A stretch of 64,000 nt of DNA, taken from Gemmatimonadota bacterium. Lineage in GTDB: Bacteria > Gemmatimonadota > Gemmatimonadetes > Gemmatimonadales > GWC2-71-9. Below, one piece after another: positions 1 to 8,594 of this stretch; position 1 is the stretch's first letter; each line of letters opens with the position of its first letter. Location: positions 8,186-72,185 of the forward strand of contig JANMHX010000316.1 of assembly GCA_031375485.1 (NCBI GenBank), given 5' to 3'. A program made the translations under genes and the position numbers. The notes under the pieces are model-generated. The model ran no database searches and was not told where the DNA came from. It was given only the letters and a program-made list of their open reading frames with translations.

Positions 1-45
1 GGCGATCACGTCGTCACCACCCCAGCAGCAGTGTGCCGCTCAAGA

Positions 46-1029
46 TCACTCCCGGGTGTGCCATCGCGCCGAGCCCCGCTGCAGGTACTCGGCGAAGCGG
101 GTATCGTCGATGTTCGCGCCGCAGATCAAGAGGCCGGTTCGCTTCCCACGGAGGCGTTCACGGAGCGGGCCCAGAGCGGCGGCGGTGGTGGCGGCGCCGG
201 CCGGTTCGACCGCCAGCTTCATCCGTTCGAACAGCACGTACATGGCTTCCGTCAAATCATCGTCGCTCACCAACACGATATCGTCGACGAACCGCTGCAC
301 CAGACTCAAGCTATAGGGCAGCGCGAACGGCGGGCTCAGACTGTCGGCAATGGTACTCGGGTGCGGAGTGGTTTCCGGCACACCCGACGCCACACTGCGC
401 TTGATCACGTCGTTGCCGGCCGGCTCGACCCCGTACACCAGGCAATCAGGCCGGATCTGTTTGATCGCCGCCGCCATACCCCCGATCAATCCGCCGCCGC
501 CGATCGGGATCACGATCGCCTCGAGGTCGGGGGCCTGCCGGAGAAATTCGAGCCCGACCGTGGCGGTGCCCGTGGCCGTGGTCGGACCCTCGAACGGATG
601 CACGAAGGTCCGGCCCTCGGAGGACTCGATCGCCTTGACCAACGCGAACGCCTCATGCACGTCGGCGGCCAGCACGATCTCGGCGCCGAGCCGGTGGCAG
701 ATCGCCATCCGGGCGGGACTCGCGGTCTTCGGCATGACGACCTTGGCGCTGGTGCCCAGGGTGTGGGCCGCATAGGCCACCGCGGCGGCGTGATTCCCGG
801 CGCTCACCGCCGTCACGCCGCGCCGGCGCTGGTCGTCGGTGAGGGACAGCACGTTGTTGACCGCACCCCGGGCCTTGAAGGTCCCGGAATGCTGGAACAA
901 TTCAAGTTTGAGCGTCGCCGACACCACGTCGTCGCGCCACTCCCAGACCGGGGTTTCCCGGACGTACGGAGCCATCCGGGCCGCGGCGGCGGTAATCGCT
1001 TGCAGAGTCGGGGGTGCTTCAGTCACCAT
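46..1029 (-). CDS. Ser/Thr dehydratase family PLP enzyme (fold II, no ACT domain)
   Basis: KLELFQHSGTFKARG PLP-lysine motif, SAGNHA, IPIGGGGLI phosphate loop, AVEPAGA; 327 aa. Confidence 0.9.
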   Translation of the reverse strand: MVTEAPPTLQAITAAAARMAPYVRETPVWEWRDDVVSATLKLELFQHSGTFKARGAVNNVLSLTDDQRRRGVTAVSAGNHAAAVAYAAHTLGTSAKVVMPKTASPARMAICHRLGAEIVLAADVHEAFALVKAIESSEGRTFVHPFEGPTTATGTATVGLEFLRQAPDLEAIVIPIGGGGLIGGMAAAIKQIRPDCLVYGVEPAGNDVIKRSVASGVPETTPHPSTIADSLSPPFALPYSLSLVQRFVDDIVLVSDDDLTEAMYVLFERMKLAVEPAGAATTAAALGPLRERLRGKRTGLLICGANIDDTRFAEYLQRGSARWHTRE

Positions 1030-1132
1030 TCACCTCGTGGAAAGAATCCGGATCAGGGGAGCGGACCCGATCCGGTGTCAGTAGGGTGCGCACTAGGGTT
1101 GGGTCGGAGCCGCGAAGGACATGGGAGGCCGT

Positions 1133-1486
1133 ATGAACATGAGGCTATCGCTGGCGCTCGTCGCCATCAGCACTCTCGGATCGACCGGGTGTAACCGCAA
1201 CCGGGTCGAAACCGACATTGACCCCAACACCCCGACACTCCTCGTCGTCGACAACCAGTCATTCCCCGACATGACAATCTACGCGCTCGAAGGGGGGCGA
1301 CGGGTCCGGCTCGGTTTGGCCGGCGGCAACAGCCAGACCAAGTTTACGTTGCCGAAGTACCTCGTCCGGAGCCTCACGTCGATCCGGTTTCAAGCCGACC
1401 CGATCGGAAGCGCGCGGGCGCCGGTGTCCGATGAGATCACCGTCAGTCCTGGCGATCAGGTTACGCTCCGGATTCCCCCGGCGTGA
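1133..1486 (+). CDS. Small lipoprotein of unknown function
   Basis: Signal ending ..STGC; GGGAGG SD upstream of ATG 1133; beta-rich body (VVDNQSFPDMTIYA...RLGL). Confidence 0.75.
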   Translation: MNMRLSLALVAISTLGSTGCNRNRVETDIDPNTPTLLVVDNQSFPDMTIYALEGGRRVRLGLAGGNSQTKFTLPKYLVRSLTSIRFQADPIGSARAPVSDEITVSPGDQVTLRIPPA

Positions 1487-2432
1487 CGGCCCGGCACCAC
1501 ACTTCTGCCCCGATGTTGCCCCCGCAGAGCACCACCGCGACATCCCGACCGGCGACTCGCTCGGGATGTCGTCGGAGTGTGGCGACCGCCACAGCCGCCG
1601 CCCCCTCCACCACCAGGCGCTCCTCCTCGAACAGTAACCGCAGAGCGGACACGATCTCCGATTCATCGGGAAGATCGTACTGATCCACCAAGTCGCGGCA
1701 CAGCGCGAACGTCAGGGCGCCGGGCTCGACACCGCCCGCCGTTCCGTCGGACAACGTCGGGAGCGACGGTAAGTCGAGAATCGCGCCATGGGCGACCGAC
1801 TCCACCATCACGCACGAATTCTTCGGCGAGGACCCGACCACCACAAACTCGGGACGATGGGCCTTGAGCCACATGGCGATGCCGCCGATCAACCCGCCAC
1901 CACCCACCGCGACCACCGCGGCGCTGAGGGTGGGACACTGCCGGAGCAGCTCGATCCCGATGGTGCCCTGTCCGGCCACCACGTCCCAATCGTTGTAGGG
2001 GGACAGGTAGACCTGACCGGTTCGGTCGCTGACCCGCCGGGCCTCGACCTCCGACAATCCCGAGTCATTCCCGAAGATTTCAATCCGGGCACCGAGCTTC
2101 CGGATCTTGGCCACCTTGGCCGGGGCGGCGTTGTCGGGCAAATACACCGTGGGCACCACCCCGGCCAATGTCCCGGCGTACGCCACCGCCACCCCGTGGT
2201 TGCCGCTCGACGCCGTGACCACGCCCCGGGCCCGCTCGTCGGCCGAGAGCGACAGCATCTTGTTGAGCGCACCCCGGACCTTGAACGACCCGGTCAGCTG
2301 CTGATTCTCGAGTTTAAGGAACACCCGTCCGCCGGTCTCCGCCGACAGACTCGGACAGAGCACCAGCGGGGTTTCCCGAACGTGGGCCCGAATCCGCTGT
2401 TCGGCCGCCTCGATCCGCTCGACCAAGGTCAT
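1461..2432 (-). CDS. Ser/Thr dehydratase family PLP enzyme, second paralog
   Basis: KLENQQLTGSFKVRGA, SSGNHG, VGGGGLIGG; start MTLVERI at 2432 overlaps the upstream stop (ATGA). Confidence 0.9.
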   Translation of the reverse strand: MTLVERIEAAEQRIRAHVRETPLVLCPSLSAETGGRVFLKLENQQLTGSFKVRGALNKMLSLSADERARGVVTASSGNHGVAVAYAGTLAGVVPTVYLPDNAAPAKVAKIRKLGARIEIFGNDSGLSEVEARRVSDRTGQVYLSPYNDWDVVAGQGTIGIELLRQCPTLSAAVVAVGGGGLIGGIAMWLKAHRPEFVVVGSSPKNSCVMVESVAHGAILDLPSLPTLSDGTAGGVEPGALTFALCRDLVDQYDLPDESEIVSALRLLFEEERLVVEGAAAVAVATLRRHPERVAGRDVAVVLCGGNIGAEVWCRAVTPGESGA

Positions 2433-3952
2433 TGGGCTTGGCGCTTGAGCATCCGGCCGGCCCGGCTCGCCACCGTCTTGCCGTCCTGCCAAACCGGGAG
2501 GCCGTTGACCCACACCCGGGTAATCCCGGTCGACACCAAGTGCGGCTCGGCCGGGGTGGCTCGGTCGCCGACCGTGGCCGGGTCGAACAACACCAAATCG
2601 GCAAACTGGCCCGGGGCGATCGTCCCGCGGCGCTTGAGTCCGACATGGGCCGCTGCCAGACTCGTCATCTTCTTGACCGCCACTTCGAGCGGCATGACTT
2701 TTTCCTCCCGAACGTACTTGCCTAACACCCGCGGAAAGGCGCCGAATCCCCGCGGATGGGCGCCGTCGAGGGCGCCATCGGAGCACACATTGGTATGGTC
2801 CCAGGCCAGGAGCTTGCCGATATCGCCCTCAGCCATACTCGTAGCCACGACGCTCTCGCCGCCTCGGCCCGGGTTGGCCTTTTCCCACACCATGGCTTCC
2901 CGAATCAGCCCCATCAGCGTGCTCGCGGGGTCTTCATTCCGGAGCTTCGAAATCTCGGCCACGGTCTTGCCCCGGTAGGCCGGATTGGCCTCAAAATCGC
3001 CAATCAGGAGCCCTTCGGGTGTCGCGATTTCCTTGAGGATCTTGTTGGCTTCGGCCCGGTTCGCGAAATCCCGCTTCGGAAAGAGAACCTGCAGCGTGGA
3101 CTGCCAGTAGGTATACGGATAGACGTCGGCGGTAATGTCGATGCCGCTGGCCCGAGCGGCGTCCAAAAGCGCGAACAGGCTGTCGGTTTTTCCCCAGAGC
3201 GGAACCATGGCCAACTTCATGTGGCTCACTTGAACCGGCAACTTCGCTTCCCGCCCGATGGTGATGATCTCGTCGATGGCATCCCAGAACCACCGATCCT
3301 CGCTCCGGATATGGCTGATGTAGCGCCCACCCGCCTTGGCGGCCACCTTGGCCAACGCGAGCACCTCGGCCCGGTCCGAGTTGATCCCGGGATCGTACTC
3401 GAGGCCGGTCGAGAGACCGAGGGCGCCGGCGTCGAGTTCCTGGCCGAGCAGCACGGCCATGGAATCGACTTCCTTGGGCGTGGCGTGTCGCTTGAAGTTC
3501 TCGCCCATGACCGCGGAGCGAAGACTGCCGTGACCGGCGTAGAACGCCACGTTGATCGAGGAGCCGGCCCCGGCCAGCGTATCGAACGTCGCGGCCAGAG
3601 GCATCGGATGGCTGCCGTCGTTGCCGGCGACGATCGTCGTGATACCCTGGCTCACCGCCCCGAGGGCATCGGGCGTCTTGACCAGGCCCCAGTCGTGATG
3701 GCTGTGGGTATCGATGAAGCCGGGCGCGAGCACCATGCCCTGGCCATCAACGACCGAGTCGCCCCGGAGTGGTTTGACCGCTCCGACCGCCACGATCGTG
3801 TCCCCCACGATGCGCACCGAGCCGAGGGCCGCCGGTGACCCGGTTCCGTCGACAATCCGGACGTTGGTGATTGTAGTGCCGGTCGGCCCTGAGGCCGTTT
3901 GACACGCGGACACCAAGATGAGGGCCGCAGACGCGGCACGGAAGGCACCCAT
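2429..3952 (-). CDS. N-acyl-D-amino-acid deacylase (D-aminoacylase) family amidohydrolase, probable lipoprotein
   Basis: APGFIDTHSH, QGITTIVAGNDG, GALGLSTGLEY, YISHIRSE, VSHMK, SDG, HPRGFGAFPRVLG; N-terminal LVSAC lipobox. Confidence 0.88.
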   Translation of the reverse strand: MGAFRAASAALILVSACQTASGPTGTTITNVRIVDGTGSPAALGSVRIVGDTIVAVGAVKPLRGDSVVDGQGMVLAPGFIDTHSHHDWGLVKTPDALGAVSQGITTIVAGNDGSHPMPLAATFDTLAGAGSSINVAFYAGHGSLRSAVMGENFKRHATPKEVDSMAVLLGQELDAGALGLSTGLEYDPGINSDRAEVLALAKVAAKAGGRYISHIRSEDRWFWDAIDEIITIGREAKLPVQVSHMKLAMVPLWGKTDSLFALLDAARASGIDITADVYPYTYWQSTLQVLFPKRDFANRAEANKILKEIATPEGLLIGDFEANPAYRGKTVAEISKLRNEDPASTLMGLIREAMVWEKANPGRGGESVVATSMAEGDIGKLLAWDHTNVCSDGALDGAHPRGFGAFPRVLGKYVREEKVMPLEVAVKKMTSLAAAHVGLKRRGTIAPGQFADLVLFDPATVGDRATPAEPHLVSTGITRVWVNGLPVWQDGKTVASRAGRMLKRQAQ

Positions 3953-4019
3953 GATTGGACCCGGATTCGGAAAGAGGGCGGCAATGTTGCCGCGAAAGCA
4001 TCGTGGTGGCAAGGGCAGC

Positions 4020-4664
4020 TCAGCCCAATTGGCCGTAGGACCGGAACCCCTCGATCACGGCCCGCATCTGATCGGGATCGAGCCGGGCCGGCTCGCCGAG
4101 TGGCAGGAGCCGGAGGTACAGGTCAGCCAAGAACTCAACCTCGGCGGCCACCGCCAGGGCGTGGTCGAGGGTCGTCCCCGCCGACAACAAGCCATGATGG
4201 GCCAGGAGACAGGCCCATCGGTCCCGCATGGCCGCCGCGGCCAGATCCGCCAAGGCCTCGGTACCGAACCGAGCGTAGCCGGTACACGGCACCGAATCAC
4301 CGGCGGCGATCGCGATCATGTAGTGGAACGACGGCAACCCCCTGCCAAGGCAAGCAACGGCCGAAGCCGCCGGAGCATGCCCGTGGACCACGGCACCGGC
4401 ATCGGGCCGGGCCTGATAGACCCGGGCATGCATCCGCCACTCACTCGACGGCCGGCGACGCTCGCCGGGGGCGACCGTGCCGTCAAGCCCGACGGCCACC
4501 ACATCGGCCGGCTCGAGGCGGTCGTACGGAATACCCGACGGAGTGATCAACATCCCGCCGGGACTGCGGCAGCTCACGTTGCCGGAGGTGCCGTGGGTCA
4601 GGCCGAGCCCGACGGTTCGCACCGCCGCAGAGATGACCAGACGGCGTTCGGCTTCATCAGTCAT
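4020..4664 (-). CDS. ald2: Class II aldolase (FucA-like); probable methylthio-/deoxy-ribulose-1-phosphate aldolase
   Basis: GTSGNVS, ITPSG, PSSEWRMH, VVHGH, LLAHHG Zn motifs; coupled to mtnA in mtnP-mtnA-aldolase synteny. Confidence 0.75.
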   Translation of the reverse strand: MTDEAERRLVISAAVRTVGLGLTHGTSGNVSCRSPGGMLITPSGIPYDRLEPADVVAVGLDGTVAPGERRRPSSEWRMHARVYQARPDAGAVVHGHAPAASAVACLGRGLPSFHYMIAIAAGDSVPCTGYARFGTEALADLAAAAMRDRWACLLAHHGLLSAGTTLDHALAVAAEVEFLADLYLRLLPLGEPARLDPDQMRAVIEGFRSYGQLG

Positions 4665-5704
4665 CGGTTGCGCTCCGGAAAAAGTCGGGCCAGGCCTTCG
4701 AGTGATGCTTCGGCAAGGCCGCGTTCCGTCAGGATTCCGGTGACCAAACGAGCCGGCGTGACGTCGAAGGCTGGGTTGGCTACCGGCACCCCGGGCCCGT
4801 GGCCCAACTCCGCTCCGGGCCGTTCCTCGATCGGAATCTCACTTCCTTTGTCCAACGTCCAGTCGATGCTGGAGGACGGGGCCGCGACATAGAACGGAAT
4901 CCCGGTGTCGGCGGCGGCCAGTCCTTTGAGGTAGGTCCCGATCTTGTTGGCCACATCCCCCCGGCGGGTGGTCCGGTCGGTACCGACCAAGCAACAGTCG
5001 ATCTGGCCGATTCGCATCAAGTGACCGCCCGCGTTGTCGGCAACGACCGTGTAGGGTACCCCGTGCCCGGCCAGTTCCCAGGCGGTCAGGAGACCCTGGT
5101 TTCGGGGCCGGGTCTCGTCGACCCACACCTGGATCGGAACGCCTCGGTCGTGGGCCAGGTAGATCGGCGCGAGTGCGGTACCCCAGTCCACCGTCGCGAG
5201 CCACCCGGCGTTGCAATGGGTCAAGACATTGACCGGCCGAGTCCGGCCGTTCCGTTCAAAGAGCGCGCGAAGCAACGGCTCGCCGTGTTCACCGATCGCT
5301 CGGCAGACGGCGGCGTCCTCATCGGCCAAGCCGGCGGCAGCGGCATAGCCGGTGGACGCCCGGTCGGCGGAAGCCACCGACGCCAAATGACCGGCCACCC
5401 GGTCGAGCGCCCACCGGAGGTTGATCGCGGTCGGCCGAGTCGCGCCTAACGTTGCGACGGCCCGCGCCAGGCCGGCGTCACTCGGGTCGGTCCGCATGGC
5501 CAAGGCGACGCCGTAGGCGGCGGCGACCCCGATCAAGGGCGCGCCGCGGACCCGCATCCGGCAAATCGCATCGGCCACGTCGTCGAGCGACTGGAGCCGC
5601 GCCACCGCCAGCGCGGCCGGCAGGGCGGTCTGATCGATGACCGCGACGGTCCAGCCGTCGTCCTCGACCCAGATCGTTCGGTACCAGCGGTCGCCGACCC
5701 GCAT
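4661..5704 (-). CDS. mtnA: S-methyl-5-thioribose-1-phosphate isomerase
   Basis: IDQTALP, MRVRGAPLIG, RPTAINL, LTHCNAGWLATVDWGTA, DETRPRNQG, GDVANKIGT. Confidence 0.95.
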   Translation of the reverse strand: MRVGDRWYRTIWVEDDGWTVAVIDQTALPAALAVARLQSLDDVADAICRMRVRGAPLIGVAAAYGVALAMRTDPSDAGLARAVATLGATRPTAINLRWALDRVAGHLASVASADRASTGYAAAAGLADEDAAVCRAIGEHGEPLLRALFERNGRTRPVNVLTHCNAGWLATVDWGTALAPIYLAHDRGVPIQVWVDETRPRNQGLLTAWELAGHGVPYTVVADNAGGHLMRIGQIDCCLVGTDRTTRRGDVANKIGTYLKGLAAADTGIPFYVAAPSSSIDWTLDKGSEIPIEERPGAELGHGPGVPVANPAFDVTPARLVTGILTERGLAEASLEGLARLFPERNR

Positions 5705-6234
5705 CAGTGGCCCTCGAACTCCATCACGCAGTAGGTCGGGCAGCCGACCGCTTCGAGTCGGCGGCGCCCGCCCAGTTCCGGCAGGTCGATCGCAAACCCG
5801 GCCTCGACCACCGTCGCGCCGAGTTGGTTGAGGAGCGACAGTCCCGCGAGCGCGGTGCCTCCGGTCGCAATCAGGTCGTCGATCAGAATTACCCGGTGGC
5901 CGGTCGTCACCGCGTCCCGGTGGATTTCGACCCGGTCGGTCCCGTACTCGAGCTGATAGTCCCGGCCGATGGTGGCTGAAGGAAGCTTCCCCTTCTTCCG
6001 GATCGGCACGAACCCGGCGCCCAGCCGCTCGGCCACCGCGCCGCCCAGGATGAACCCGCGCGCCTCGATCCCCGCCACTCGGTCGATGCGCAGGGTGAGA
6101 TACCGGGACGCGAACCGGTCCACGAGCGCCCGGAATGCCGGGCCGTTTGCCATCAGAGTGGTGATGTCCCGAAACAGAATCCCGGGTTTGGGATAGTCGG
6201 GGATCGAGCGGACCAACGCCTTGAGGTCGGTCAT
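5704..6234 (-). CDS. apt: Adenine phosphoribosyltransferase
   Basis: [49 protein letters not shown] loop; start 6234 overlaps mtnP stop. Confidence 0.95.
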   Translation of the reverse strand: MTDLKALVRSIPDYPKPGILFRDITTLMANGPAFRALVDRFASRYLTLRIDRVAGIEARGFILGGAVAERLGAGFVPIRKKGKLPSATIGRDYQLEYGTDRVEIHRDAVTTGHRVILIDDLIATGGTALAGLSLLNQLGATVVEAGFAIDLPELGGRRRLEAVGCPTYCVMEFEGH

Positions 6235-7088
6235 AGCACCCGCCCCGCGATCCCGCGAAGCTGCTCGACCAGCTTCGGATCCCGCGCCCCCGGGGCCGTC
6301 ATCACGGCCGTGTCGAGCGCGCGATCGCAACCGCACGGACAGGGCGTGGGCCGGGTGGCCAAGCGGGGCACTACCGTCCGGATCAGTTGCTGCGCGGCCG
6401 CGGCATTCCGGAGCAAGACCCCAACGACTTGATCGACCGTGACATGAGTGTGGTCGGGATGCCAACAGTCGTAGTCGGTCACCATCGCGATCGTCGCATA
6501 ACAGAGCTCGGCCTCACGGGCGAGCTTGGCCTCCGGCATGTTGGTCATTCCGATCACGCTCATCCCCCAGGATCGATAGAGCTCGGACTCCGCTTTCGTC
6601 GAAAACTGGGGACCTTCCATGGCCAGGTAGGTTCCGCCTCGGACGGTCGGCAGCGCCAGCTGCCGGGCGGCGCCATCGATGCAATCGCCGAGTCGGCGAC
6701 AGACCGGGTCAGCCACCGAGACATGCGCCACCAGCCCCGGGCCGAAAAAACTCTTGACCCGGGCAAAGGTCCGGTCGACGAACTGGTCGACCACCACGAA
6801 CGTGCCGGGCGGCAGATCCTCGCGGAGCGACCCGACGGCCGACAGACTCAAGACATCGGTAACGCCCAGCTGCTTTAGGGCGGCGATATTCGCGCGGAAA
6901 TTGAGATCGGAAGGCGGGATGCCGTGGCCCCGGCCATGACGTGGCAAGAAGGCCGCGGGGTGGCCACTGAGCTGTCCGACCAACACCTCATCAGAGGGCT
7001 CACCCCAGGGGGTCGTGACCCGTTTCCAGGCGGCGCCCTCCCAGCCGTCCATCTGATACAGTCCGCTGCCGCCGATGATGCCGATCAC
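6231..7088 (-). CDS. mtnP: S-methyl-5'-thioadenosine phosphorylase
   Basis: [53 protein letters not shown]; GTG start 7088 with AGGAG SD. Confidence 0.93.
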   Translation of the reverse strand: MIGIIGGSGLYQMDGWEGAAWKRVTTPWGEPSDEVLVGQLSGHPAAFLPRHGRGHGIPPSDLNFRANIAALKQLGVTDVLSLSAVGSLREDLPPGTFVVVDQFVDRTFARVKSFFGPGLVAHVSVADPVCRRLGDCIDGAARQLALPTVRGGTYLAMEGPQFSTKAESELYRSWGMSVIGMTNMPEAKLAREAELCYATIAMVTDYDCWHPDHTHVTVDQVVGVLLRNAAAAQQLIRTVVPRLATRPTPCPCGCDRALDTAVMTAPGARDPKLVEQLRGIAGRVL

Positions 7089-7132
7089 CCGGTTCTCCTG
7101 GCTCGGTTGTGCGTTTGGCCGTTTCGGCTTCA

Positions 7133-7138
7133 ATTGTA
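7133..7138 (-). promoter_or_regulatory. Candidate sigma70 -10 (TACAAT) for the mtnP operon
   Basis: ATTGTA on + strand, about 45 nt upstream of the mtnP start; no clear -35 (that region is the heptamer repeat). Confidence 0.5.
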
Positions 7139-7140
7139 AC

Positions 7141-7175
7141 CTCGGCACTCGGCACTCGGCACTCGGCGCTCGGCA
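7141..7175. repeat. Heptamer tandem repeat (CTCGGCA)x5
   Basis: ctcggca ctcggca ctcggca ctcggcg ctcggca, then a degenerate sixth copy ctcgtgg. Confidence 0.95.
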
Positions 7176-7240
7176 CTCGTGGTGGCGGATGCGGGGGGAT
7201 GCTGGATCAGCGATCCGAGGATGGGTCGAAGCTGCCGGCT

Positions 7241-7339
7241 TTAGCGGCTGTGGAGAAACAGTTGCAGCAACAGGTAGAGCGCCAACAAGGGGGTGATGGC
7301 TTGAGCGAGGGGACTGGAACGACGACGGGAGTAGCGCAC
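7241..7339 (-). CDS. Candidate 32-aa small membrane peptide (MRYSRRRSSPLAQAITPLLALYLLLQLFLHSR)
   Basis: GTG start 6 nt after TACGTT -10-like hexamer; basic N-terminus plus hydrophobic stretch; 24/32 codons end in G/C; may overlap the hydrolase start. Confidence 0.3.
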   Translation of the reverse strand: MRYSRRRSSPLAQAITPLLALYLLLQLFLHSR

Positions 7340-8113
7340 GGCGAGAACGTATCGCGCGGGCCGGCGGCTGGCAAGGAGCCGACGATCGTGTTCATTCATG
7401 GCGCCGGCATTTCGAGTTGGATGTGGCGGCAGCAGCTGGCCGCGCTGGTGGGGTTCAAGGGGCTGGCCGTCGAACTCCCGGGCCACGGCGCCTCGCCGGT
7501 GCCCTGGGTTTCGGTGCCGGACGCGGCCGACGCCGTGGCCAGGATCATCCGCCAGCAGGTACCCGGAGGGAAGGCGCACGTGGTCGGCCTGAGCCTTGGC
7601 GGCGTCGTGGCGCTCCAGTTGTTGGCGCAAGATCCCGACACCGTCGACCGGATGCTGGTCAGCGGCACTTTGGCCACCGGAATCGCTGGAGCCCGGGCTC
7701 TGGCCGGCCTGACGGCGCTGACGCTACCGGTCGGCAAATTCGGGCCGCTGGTCCGCCTGACCGCGAAGATGATGGCCGTTCCGCCGGCGGACTATCCGAG
7801 CCTGCAAGCGGACGTCCGGCGGCTGGAGGCCGGCCCGCTCCAACAGATGATTCTCGATGTGATGACGTTCCGGCCCCCGGCGGTCCTGGCCGAGCGACGT
7901 CACCCCGTGCTCGTGGTGGCGGGGAGCAAGGAGCACCGAAAGATCCGGGAGAGTGTCGGTCGATTGGTTGCCCTGATGCCGAACGCCCGCGGCGGGCTGA
8001 TTCCGGGAGGGGTCCACACTTGGAACTGGCAGATGCCCGATCGGTTCAACGCGCTGCTCGCCGCGTGGTGTCGGGACGGGCAGATCAGCGACTTTGTAAC
8101 AAAAAGTACTTGA
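7301..8113 (+). CDS. Alpha/beta fold hydrolase (start uncertain: TTG 7301 or GTG 7388)
   Basis: TIVFIHGAG, GLSLGG nucleophile elbow, VAGSKE, GGVHTW. Confidence 0.85.
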   Translation: MSEGTGTTTGVAHGENVSRGPAAGKEPTIVFIHGAGISSWMWRQQLAALVGFKGLAVELPGHGASPVPWVSVPDAADAVARIIRQQVPGGKAHVVGLSLGGVVALQLLAQDPDTVDRMLVSGTLATGIAGARALAGLTALTLPVGKFGPLVRLTAKMMAVPPADYPSLQADVRRLEAGPLQQMILDVMTFRPPAVLAERRHPVLVVAGSKEHRKIRESVGRLVALMPNARGGLIPGGVHTWNWQMPDRFNALLAAWCRDGQISDFVTKST

Positions 8114-8138
8114 CAATACATAAACCAGACGGTAAACT
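8110..8138 (+). promoter_or_regulatory. Near-consensus sigma70 promoter TTGACA-N17-TAAACT
   Basis: TTGACA 8110-8115, 17-nt spacer, TAAACT 8133-8138, in an AT-rich patch upstream of the 8168 gene. Confidence 0.75.
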
Positions 8139-8167
8139 GCGGCAACTCGTCCGCCGGAGTACTCCGA

Positions 8168-8584
8168 GTGTCCCCGTTAGTCCGTCTGCTCTATCCGCTG
8201 CCCGCCCGGTCCCGGACGCCGGCGACGGTCATTGGCTGGTGGGAACGCCGGCGCTTGACCTTCAATCTCGTGGTCGGAACGACGGGGCTCTTGTCGCTCG
8301 GGCTGATCAATCTGATTCTGGGACTACCGCCGCTCTCGGGCCAGGCCCCGGGCATCCCGATCCTACCGGCACTCGCCTACGGGATGCTGGCCAACCTGTT
8401 CTACTCGGCCGGCTGGGGTATTGAACTCCTCTTCAACGCCTGGTGGCGAAAGGACCCGCCCGACATCGGGCCGATCCTATTCCGCCAAGGTGTGATCTTC
8501 TCGGTGGGGTTGACTCTGCTGCCGGTGGCCCTGGCGGGATTCGTGTGGGCGGCCGGACTCGTCCGATGGGTCCTCGGATGGTAG
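8168..8584 (+). CDS. Hypothetical membrane protein (3-4 TM)
   Basis: GTG start with GGAG SD; WWERRRLTFN and ANLFYSAGWGIE patterns; hydrophobic segments. Confidence 0.7.
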   Translation: MSPLVRLLYPLPARSRTPATVIGWWERRRLTFNLVVGTTGLLSLGLINLILGLPPLSGQAPGIPILPALAYGMLANLFYSAGWGIELLFNAWWRKDPPDIGPILFRQGVIFSVGLTLLPVALAGFVWAAGLVRWVLGW

Positions 8585-8594
8585 GACCGCCTGC

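Noticed and set aside
1049-1075. CCGGATC...GATCCGG hairpin in the divergent spacer
   Set aside because: Short GC-rich stem with no U-tract or second copy; not distinguishable from background
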